Shown: one piece after another, positions 57,145 through 64,000 of the stretch
How positions within the stretch are numbered: the stretch's first letter is position 1
Layout of the letters: every line of letters begins with the position of its first letter
IMG/VR virus record: IMGVR_UViG_3300027969_000046
Direction: 5' to 3' (one strand)
Source: a virus
Length of the DNA: 64,000 nucleotides
Program-made: the position numbers and the translations under genes
The notes under the pieces: model-generated
Database searches by the model: none
What the model saw: the letters and a program-made list of their open reading frames with translations, nothing else
Told to the model about the DNA's origin: nothing

Positions 57145-57690
57145 ATGGCTTTTAATGTAAACGAATTCCGCTCTCAGATGACTGGAGACGGTGCTCGCCC
57201 AAATCTATTTGAGGTGAGTATGCCGTTTCCTAGTTTTTCGAATCCAGGAAATGCACAACAAAAATTAACCTTTATGTGTAAAACCGCTCAGTTGCCAGGT
57301 GCAACTATCGGTGTTGTACCTGTTCAATACTTTGGCCGTGAGTTAAAGTTTGCAGGCAACCGCACATTCCAAGATTGGACAATTACTGTTATTAACGATG
57401 AAGATTTCGTTGTTCGTAACGCATTTGAAAGATGGTTAAACGGTATCAACAGCCACAGTCTAAACGTTCGCAATCCAGCTGCAACATCACCATTTGGCTA
57501 CACAGTAGATGGTGAAGTTAAGCAATTTGCAAAAAGCGGTGACACATTGAAAAAGTATAAGTTCTTGGGTTTATTCCCATCTGACTTAGCACCAATTGAT
57601 GTTGATTGGGGTTCAAATGATACAATTGAAGAATTTACTGTAACTTTGTCCTACCAATGGTGGGAATCTGTCGAAGACGGTGTGGTGTAA
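57145..57690 (+). CDS. gp19: Tail tube protein gp19
   Basis: GARPNLF.V, C....LP, GR..K.AG.RTF..W..T..ND and IEEF.V...Y.WW. Confidence 0.97.
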   Translation: MAFNVNEFRSQMTGDGARPNLFEVSMPFPSFSNPGNAQQKLTFMCKTAQLPGATIGVVPVQYFGRELKFAGNRTFQDWTITVINDEDFVVRNAFERWLNGINSHSLNVRNPAATSPFGYTVDGEVKQFAKSGDTLKKYKFLGLFPSDLAPIDVDWGSNDTIEEFTVTLSYQWWESVEDGVV

Positions 57691-57718
57691 TAAAGAAAGG
57701 CTTAACGGCCTTTCTTTA
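57691..57718 (+). terminator. Hairpin terminator after gp19, possibly bidirectional
   Basis: TAAAGAAAGGC-TTAACG-GCCTTTCTTTA. Confidence 0.75.
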
Positions 57719-57738
57719 CTCTTTAGGATGATAAATTT

Positions 57739-59397
57739 ATGGCGGTAAAACTCTTTGGCTTCACCTTAGGTAAAAAAGATATTGTTCAGGTAGAAAAACC
57801 TGAACAAGCTTCTTTCGCACTTCCAACCGAGACCATTGATGATGGTGCGGTTACTATTACACAAAATGCTCACTATGGTACATATGTTGACCTAGAGGGT
57901 TCTGTTCGTAATGAGATGGAACTTATCACGAGATATCGTGAAATGGCAAACCATCCAGAATGTGATATGGCAATTGATGAAATTGTTAATGAAGCAATCA
58001 CACATGATACAGATGGTAAAGTTATGGATATCAACCTTGATAATCTAAAACAACCAGAAGCAATTAAGAAAAAAATTATTGAAGAATTTAATAACATTCA
58101 AAAGATGTTAAACTTCAGTAATCTTGCTGATGACCTATTCAAACGATGGTACATTGATGGTCGCATTTACTACCATGTTGTGGTAAATGATAAAGACCCT
58201 AAGAAAGGTATTCAAGAGCTTCGATATATTGACCCACGCAAGATTCGTAAGGTGCGTGAGATTTCAAAAGACCGTGATCCTAAAACGGGCGCTCAAGTTA
58301 TTCGTTCCATGGCAGAATACTATGTGTATAATGACCGTGGTACAACTACACAAACATTTACCTCATCGGTAAATCAAGGTTTAAGAATTGCACCAGAAGC
58401 CGTTATTAATGTTAACTCTGGCTTAATGGATGCAAAAAACACATTTGTAATTTCATTTCTTCACAAAGCAATTAAAGCACTCAATCAATTAAGAATGATT
58501 GAAGATGCTGTTGTGATTTATCGTTTATCACGAGCACCAGAACGCCGTATATTTTATATTGATGTTGGTAATTTACCAAAAGGTAAAGCCGAACAATATA
58601 TGAAGTCTATTATGACACAGTATCGTAACAAGTTAGTTTACGATGCTAATACAGGTGAGTTGCGTGATGAGCGTAAACACTTGTCTATGCTTGAAGATTT
58701 TTGGTTACCACGCCGTGAGGGTGGTAAAGGTACCGAGATTACTACACTTCCTGCTGGCCAAAATTTAGGCCAAATGGAAGATGTTCAATACTTCCAAAAG
58801 AAACTATTACAATCGTTGAATGTTCCAATCTCTCGTCTTGACCCACAAGTTGGTGCAGGTATTATGGGTGTTGGTAAGACTACTGAAGTAACCCGTGATG
58901 AGGTTAAGTTTAGTAAGTTCATTAATCGTTTGCGTAATAAATTCTCTCGTATTTTTGATGATGCTTTAAGAATTCAACTATCACTCAAAGGTATTTGTAC
59001 CGTTGAAGAATGGGAAGATTTTAAAGAATCCATCTATTACGATTACAAGAAAGATAATAACTTTGCTGAAATGCGTGAGGCTGAAGTCTTGCGTGAGAGA
59101 GTTCTTACCGCAACTCAATTAGACCCATTCATTGGTCGTTATTATTCTTCTAAGTGGATTAAGAAAAATGTTCTCCGTATGACCGAAGAAGAAATTTTGG
59201 AAATGGAGAAAGAGATTGAAGAAGAAGGTGATAGTGCTTCACCAGTTTTAGGTGGTGATGCTAATGCCGCTCAATCTGGTGCAGATGCTGAAGCTGAACC
59301 CGTAGATAACACTACTGATGGTGCAGGTCAAGAAACAGAAACTCCTCAGTTGGATGATGCGGTAAACAAATATGCTTTCAATATAAATAAGAAATAA
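57739..59397 (+). CDS. gp20: Portal protein gp20
   Basis: YR.MA..PE.D.AI, WY.DGR, RAPERR.FYIDVGNLPK.KAEQY and EDFWLPRREGG.GTE. Confidence 0.98.
   Translation: MAVKLFGFTLGKKDIVQVEKPEQASFALPTETIDDGAVTITQNAHYGTYVDLEGSVRNEMELITRYREMANHPECDMAIDEIVNEAITHDTDGKVMDINLDNLKQPEAIKKKIIEEFNNIQKMLNFSNLADDLFKRWYIDGRIYYHVVVNDKDPKKGIQELRYIDPRKIRKVREISKDRDPKTGAQVIRSMAEYYVYNDRGTTTQTFTSSVNQGLRIAPEAVINVNSGLMDAKNTFVISFLHKAIKALNQLRMIEDAVVIYRLSRAPERRIFYIDVGNLPKGKAEQYMKSIMTQYRNKLVYDANTGELRDERKHLSMLEDFWLPRREGGKGTEITTLPAGQNLGQMEDVQYFQKKLLQSLNVPISRLDPQVGAGIMGVGKTTEVTRDEVKFSKFINRLRNKFSRIFDDALRIQLSLKGICTVEEWEDFKESIYYDYKKDNNFAEMREAEVLRERVLTATQLDPFIGRYYSSKWIKKNVLRMTEEEILEMEKEIEEEGDSASPVLGGDANAAQSGADAEAEPVDNTTDGAGQETETPQLDDAVNKYAFNINKK
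59382..59389 (+). promoter_or_regulatory. Late promoter TATAAATA
   Basis: Perfect consensus at the 3' end of gp20. Confidence 0.75.
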
Positions 59398-59407
59398 AGG
59401 AAATATT

Positions 59408-59605
59408 ATGACAACTACAGCTACATTTATTGACCAATTGGCTTCAGGCCAATCGGCAGAAGCAAAAGAAACATTATCGGACTTATTGTCTGCTCGTGCA
59501 TTTGAATCATTAGATGCTCGTAAACAAGAATTGGGTGCCACACTATTTGGTGGGCAAGTTGCAGCTGCACAAGAACAAGCAGCATCAGAAGCGGAAGCTG
59601 AATGA
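59408..59605 (+). CDS. Prohead core protein (gp67-like)
   Basis: Small acidic helical protein directly after the portal gene. Confidence 0.6.
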   Translation: MTTTATFIDQLASGQSAEAKETLSDLLSARAFESLDARKQELGATLFGGQVAAAQEQAASEAEAE

Positions 59606-60471
59606 AATCGTTTCAAGATTTTAAAGTCAATTTGACGGAAGAAGAAAAGTCAGACTATTCTAAGTTTGATGTTTTGGTTCGTGCTGGTCTGGCCAATAAG
59701 GCACAGATGCAAAGAATTCATCGCATTTTGGATAAAATGCAAGATGATAGGCCAAACTTTAACAATGCCGACAAACAGATTATTCAAAATCTTTTTAATA
59801 AGATGGTAGATTTGGTTAGCAATAATAAACAGATTTTTAACCAAACTCGCCGTGCAGTAAAAGAAGGCGTAATTGCCACTTCTGATTTTAAACTAGGTGC
59901 AAGTGGTCAAAAAGTTAGAGCTCATAGAACTAAAGTTGGTGATACAGCGCCAGGTGTTGGCGGTATGGCACCAGAAATTGGTGATGATAAAGAACAAGAC
60001 CAAAATGCTTTAAAGAAAACTTATAAAGAATCTACTGAAGTGGTAATTGATGAAGCACACATTCAAAATCCACCATTTGTATTGATTCTTAAACGCAAGG
60101 CTGTTCGTTATTATCCTGAAGGCATTACTAATGTCCTTTATTATAACGAAAAATTAAATAGATACTTTTCTGTTCCTTATTCGTCTGGTGTTCCAATGGA
60201 TAATCCAGTTCAAGCAGAAGAAGTAGAACAAGTAGAAGAAGCAGTAGATGCTATTGGTCAACTACAAAAGATTAAAGATACACACCAACATGGCACAGTA
60301 AACCATAAAGATGGTTCTGCCAGTAAGATTGATGCTCAAACTGCTCATGCCGTATTGACGGTTCATAAGAGTTTGAATGATATTAATAAAAAGAAATTTG
60401 CAGATATGGTGGCAAGGTCATCACATCATATGCAGAAAGCCGCTGAGTTTTCTTGGAAACATTTGAAGTGA
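59602..60471 (+). CDS. Prohead core/internal head protein
   Basis: Position between gp20 and gp21; several I/L/V-x-E motifs that could be gp21 cleavage sites. Confidence 0.5.
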   Translation: MKSFQDFKVNLTEEEKSDYSKFDVLVRAGLANKAQMQRIHRILDKMQDDRPNFNNADKQIIQNLFNKMVDLVSNNKQIFNQTRRAVKEGVIATSDFKLGASGQKVRAHRTKVGDTAPGVGGMAPEIGDDKEQDQNALKKTYKESTEVVIDEAHIQNPPFVLILKRKAVRYYPEGITNVLYYNEKLNRYFSVPYSSGVPMDNPVQAEEVEQVEEAVDAIGQLQKIKDTHQHGTVNHKDGSASKIDAQTAHAVLTVHKSLNDINKKKFADMVARSSHHMQKAAEFSWKHLK

Positions 60472-60908
60472 GCTTAGTAGATTTAATTGTAAGTGGTCGT
60501 TTGGCAGAAGCAAGAGAGGTAGTATTTGCCATGCTTGATGTGATGTCAAGTGAGCGCTTACAAGAAGAAAAGATTGTAGTGGGGCAGGATACATATACAT
60601 TGGTAGAAGAAGTTTTAGATGAAGCTTCAACGAATGTAATTAGAACTGGCAGAATCAAAAAGATTCGCCGCCGTATCCGTAGAAATGCACAAGGCAGAAT
60701 TGTCGTTCAAAAGAATGTTCGTAAATCTGCAATTAAAGGTTATAGAATTTCAGGTAACACCGTAAAAAGAATACCTGCAATTCAAAGAATTAATAAAGCT
60801 AGAAAACTAAAAAGGTATTGGAAGACTAAAGGTAAATCAAAGTTGCGTAGAACTCTACTCAAACGAAAAATGTCCATTAGACGCCGAACATCCATGGGAA
60901 TAAAATAA
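60468..60908 (+). CDS. Basic prohead core protein (gp68-like)
   Basis: Acidic N-terminus and highly R/K-rich C-terminus ending S.RRR..MG; GTGA overlap start. Confidence 0.6.
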   Translation: MSLVDLIVSGRLAEAREVVFAMLDVMSSERLQEEKIVVGQDTYTLVEEVLDEASTNVIRTGRIKKIRRRIRRNAQGRIVVQKNVRKSAIKGYRISGNTVKRIPAIQRINKARKLKRYWKTKGKSKLRRTLLKRKMSIRRRTSMGIK

Positions 60909-60909
60909 A

Positions 60910-61260
60910 ATGCCAATAGAAATTACAAATACATTAAGAGGTGCCTCACTCATTCGTGTTGAAGGCATTGGAACTTATTATGCTAATCTTATCTCTTTAG
61001 CTGTTGACAGCAACGAAGTTGTTAGTGCTGCTAACATTAAAAGAATTAATTGGTCAACAAACGGAAATATTCAAATTGTCCGTAATGGTAACAATATTGC
61101 AACATTACATACCGTTGGTGAAATTAAACTAGATGAGTGGGGGCAATCAATTGCCAACAACAACACATCTAATGTTGTTATTACAGTTGTAACTGGTGGC
61201 ACATTATTCTTAGAAGTGTCTAAGTCTGCTACTTACACAACACCATTAACAGGAATGTAA
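60910..61260 (+). CDS. Hypothetical head-associated protein
   Basis: Coupled ORF before gp21 with a beta-rich sequence. Confidence 0.55.
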   Translation: MPIEITNTLRGASLIRVEGIGTYYANLISLAVDSNEVVSAANIKRINWSTNGNIQIVRNGNNIATLHTVGEIKLDEWGQSIANNNTSNVVITVVTGGTLFLEVSKSATYTTPLTGM

Positions 61261-61261
61261 T

Positions 61262-61912
61262 ATGAAACTAATTAGAGAAAATATTGAAGAAGTCAAGTAT
61301 ATTACTGAGGCTTCTGAAAATGGTAAAAAGAACTTGTATATTACAGGTCCTTTTTTAGTTTATGACAAACCTAATAAAAATAACCGACTTTATTCTAAAG
61401 ACACTTTGTCTAAAGAAGTTGGTCGTTATAATGAGGAATTTGTCAAAACAAATCGTGCTTTGGGTGAATTGGGACATCCTGATACACCAACACTAAACTT
61501 AGAAAGAGTATCTCACAAGATTATTTCTTTAGAAGATAATGGTGAAGCATTTATTGGCAAAGCAATGATTTTGGAAACACCATACGGTCAAATTGTTAAA
61601 AACTTTATTGACTCTGGTGTTAACCTTGGAGTATCTTCAAGAGGTATGGGTTCACTCATGCAAACTAAAGAAGGTTATAACTTGGTACAAGATGATTTCC
61701 GACTAGCAACTGCAGCTGATATTGTGGCAGATCCATCTGCTCCAGGCGCCTTTGTTAATGGTATCATGGAAAACAAAGAATGGTTATTCGTTGATGGACG
61801 CTTCGTAGAAGCAGATATTGATTCAGCGAAGAAACAGATTAAACAAGCATCACGCAAAGACTTGGAACGAGTTGCCCTCAACTTGTTTGAAAACTTTATC
61901 CGAAAACTTTAA
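61262..61912 (+). CDS. gp21: Prohead protease gp21
   Basis: N.N.R.Y, ALGELGHP, GVSSRG.GS and D.V.DPSAP.A.V. Confidence 0.97.
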   Translation: MKLIRENIEEVKYITEASENGKKNLYITGPFLVYDKPNKNNRLYSKDTLSKEVGRYNEEFVKTNRALGELGHPDTPTLNLERVSHKIISLEDNGEAFIGKAMILETPYGQIVKNFIDSGVNLGVSSRGMGSLMQTKEGYNLVQDDFRLATAADIVADPSAPGAFVNGIMENKEWLFVDGRFVEADIDSAKKQIKQASRKDLERVALNLFENFIRKL

Positions 61913-61915
61913 TTT

Positions 61916-61923
61916 TATAAATA
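61916..61923 (+). promoter_or_regulatory. Late promoter TATAAATA before gp22
   Basis: Perfect consensus, followed by AAGGAG SD. Confidence 0.9.
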
Positions 61924-61945
61924 AGAAATCATAAGGAGATTCCTA

Positions 61946-62932
61946 ATGGCATCAAACAAACTATTCGAGGCAGCAGCAGACATTCTTGCAGGAAGTAAGA
62001 GTGCCGCCCCAGCTATGCCTCCAGAAAAACTCGGTGGTGAAGTAGTAGACCTAGGTGGTCCAACTAATACCAACGATAAACCAACAGACGATTCTGCAAA
62101 GATTGATGCTGCTAAAGCAATCAAATCTCAAATGCAGGCGCCACAAACTAAGCCTTCAGCCGCTTCTCCTGACAAGCAAGAAATGCTTGGCAAAGGTCAA
62201 TCGACCATGAAAGAAGATATCGAAGCCTTGTTTGCTGACGATGAAACCATTTCTGAAGAATTCAAATCCAAAGTATCTACGATTTTTGAAGCTCGTGTTC
62301 AAGACCGTATTACTCAATTGGAAGAAGAAACAGAAGCACGCTATGCTGGTATGCTTGAAGAAGCAGTTGAATCCATCAAGCAAGACCTAACAGAGAAAGT
62401 AGATGACTACCTCTCATACATTGTTGAACAATGGATGGAAGAAAATGAAATCGCTATTGAATCTGGTCTGCGTTCTGAAATGACCGAAGATTTTATTGCC
62501 GGTCTCCGTAATCTATTCGCAGAGAACTTCATTGATGTTCCTGCTGAAAAAGTCGACCTAGTTGAAGAACTTGCCGCTAAAGTTGAAGAACTTGAAGGCA
62601 AACTCAATGAAGAAATCGACCGTGGTGTATCATATGCTAAAGCATTGGTAGAATCACGCAAATCCGAACTTACTCGTGAAGTATGTGAAGGACTTACAGC
62701 TACTCAAGTTGAAAAAATCAAATCACTCGCAGAGAGTGTTGAATTCTCCACAGAGGACGAATACAAAGAGAAACTTGAAACTATCCGTGAGAACTATTTC
62801 CCGTCTGGCATTGTCAAGGCGAGTGAATCACAACTCCAAGAAGAAGTAACTGATGGCTCAGAAAAGCAAATCGTTTCTAACGACCCGCTAGTTGCCGCAG
62901 TTGCAAACGCAATTTCTAAAACAAAACTCTAA
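61946..62932 (+). CDS. gp22: Prohead core scaffold gp22
   Basis: F..K..TIFEA, KVD.YL.Y....W..EN and F..GL..LF.E. Confidence 0.95.
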   Translation: MASNKLFEAAADILAGSKSAAPAMPPEKLGGEVVDLGGPTNTNDKPTDDSAKIDAAKAIKSQMQAPQTKPSAASPDKQEMLGKGQSTMKEDIEALFADDETISEEFKSKVSTIFEARVQDRITQLEEETEARYAGMLEEAVESIKQDLTEKVDDYLSYIVEQWMEENEIAIESGLRSEMTEDFIAGLRNLFAENFIDVPAEKVDLVEELAAKVEELEGKLNEEIDRGVSYAKALVESRKSELTREVCEGLTATQVEKIKSLAESVEFSTEDEYKEKLETIRENYFPSGIVKASESQLQEEVTDGSEKQIVSNDPLVAAVANAISKTKL

Positions 62933-62951
62933 TCCCTTAGGAGATAACTAA

Positions 62952-64000
62952 ATGTATTTGTCCGAACAACTACAAACTAAATGGGCTGGCGTTCTGGATC
63001 ATCCAGATATGCCTGCTATCAAAGACCCATACCGTAAAGCCGTAACTGCTGTTGTGCTTGAGAATCAAGCCGTTGAAATGGCGAAATCTGCTGGTATGTT
63101 GACAGAAACTGGTTCACCTACAAACTTTGCTGGTACAGGCGGTTTTGGTGGCGGTGCTGCTGCTGCAGGTCCTGTTGCCGGTTTTGATCCAATCTTAATC
63201 AGCTTGGTTCGCCGTTCTTTACCTAACTTAATCGCTTATGACATCTGCGGTGTTCAGCCAATGACTGGACCTACAGGTCTGATTTTTGCGATGCGTACCA
63301 AGTATGCTGGTCAAGCTGGTACAGAAGCTTTCTATAACGAAGCTAACACAGGTTTTGCTGGTGCAAACGGTCAAGGTGCTCAAACAGCATTGTCAACCGG
63401 TACTCCTCCAACAGAAACATTCACATCTAACGCTGCTGCAATCGCTGCTATGACAACCGGTTCTGCTGAAGCTTTGGGTGATGGCGCTTCTGGTAACACA
63501 TTCCAAGAAATGGCATTCTCAATCGAGAAAGTAACTGTAACTGCAAAGACCCGTGCTTTGAAGGCAGAATACTCTATCGAATTGGCACAAGACTTGAAAG
63601 CTGTTCACGGTCTTGACGCTGAAACAGAATTAGCAAACATTCTCTCTACTGAGATTCTTGCTGAAATTAACCGTGAAGTTATCCGCACAATCTACGGTAC
63701 TGCTAAGTTGGGTGCTCAAGTTGGTACAACAACTCGTGGTAAGTTTGACCTTGACACCGATTCTAATGGTCGTTGGATGGTTGAGAAGATTAAAGGTTTG
63801 GCATTCCAAATCGAACGTGAAGCTAATACTATTGCTAAAACAACACGTCGTGGCAAAGGTAACATCCTCATCGTTTCTTCTGATGTAGCTTCTGCTTTCG
63901 CAATGGCTGGTTTACTTGACTACAACTCTGCGTTGAATAGCCAAATTAACTTGACAGTTGACGATACAGGTAACACATTCGCTGGTACAATGTTTGGTCG
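62952..64000 (+). CDS. gp23: Major capsid protein gp23 (runs off window end)
   Basis: MYLSEQLQTKW, LENQ, LVRR..PNLIA.D.CGVQPM.GPTG.IFAMR, RALKAEYS.ELAQDLKA.HGLDA and EINRE. Confidence 0.98.
   Translation, partial: MYLSEQLQTKWAGVLDHPDMPAIKDPYRKAVTAVVLENQAVEMAKSAGMLTETGSPTNFAGTGGFGGGAAAAGPVAGFDPILISLVRRSLPNLIAYDICGVQPMTGPTGLIFAMRTKYAGQAGTEAFYNEANTGFAGANGQGAQTALSTGTPPTETFTSNAAAIAAMTTGSAEALGDGASGNTFQEMAFSIEKVTVTAKTRALKAEYSIELAQDLKAVHGLDAETELANILSTEILAEINREVIRTIYGTAKLGAQVGTTTRGKFDLDTDSNGRWMVEKIKGLAFQIEREANTIAKTTRRGKGNILIVSSDVASAFAMAGLLDYNSALNSQINLTVDDTGNTFAGTMFG

Noticed and set aside
24845-60467. ORF-track starts at 24845, 29339, 30560, 32820, 52609 and 60453
   Set aside because: Downstream starts overlapping or directly following the previous stop (24899, 29354, 30596, 32844, 52627, 60468) fit translational coupling better.
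800-63888. Numerous short alternative-frame and antisense ORFs in the ORF track (e.g. 2477..2740, 39065..39475, 44884..45351, 63658..63888)
   Set aside because: They overlap well-supported genes, lack SD sequences, and arise from low-complexity Gly/Ala/Asn codon patterns.
1-64000. tRNAs, introns, inteins, homing endonucleases or stop-codon reassignment
   Set aside because: Intergenic gaps are too short or show no cloverleaf. gp17, gp18, gp20 and the other core genes are uninterrupted and of normal length under the standard code. gp4 is the normal head-completion nuclease.

Overview
The window is a gene-dense, AT-rich segment of a T4-like (Tevenvirinae-related, cyanophage/freshwater-type) myophage genome. 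It runs from the end of the replication block (gp59, a HAD nucleotidase, gp32) into the virion morphogenesis region. That region contains a minus-strand hub/tape-measure block (two paralogous tape-measure-like genes, a gp26/gp51-like chaperone, gp54, gp2, gp4), then baseplate genes (gp48, 53, hub, 5, 25, 6, 7, 8, a 1980-aa VrlC/DUF4815-like protein). About 25 kb of fibre, adaptor, receptor-binding and chaperone genes follow. The window ends with neck, packaging, tail and head genes (gp13-23, gp23 truncated), with a Dps ferritin-like gene between gp16 and gp17. Main observations: (1) a likely programmed -1 frameshift (T TTT TTC) fuses the gp26-like gene to a start-less gp51-like ORF just upstream of the tape-measure genes, as in lambda G/GT; (2) a hierarchical, apparently branched array of about 11 receptor-binding tips is linked by recurring short terminal motifs; (3) one structural gene probably starts at AUA; (4) several late transcripts look leaderless; (5) GC3/CpG-rich islands recur about every 10-13 kb inside ORFs. 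All gene calls come from recognised motifs and synteny; no database searches were run.
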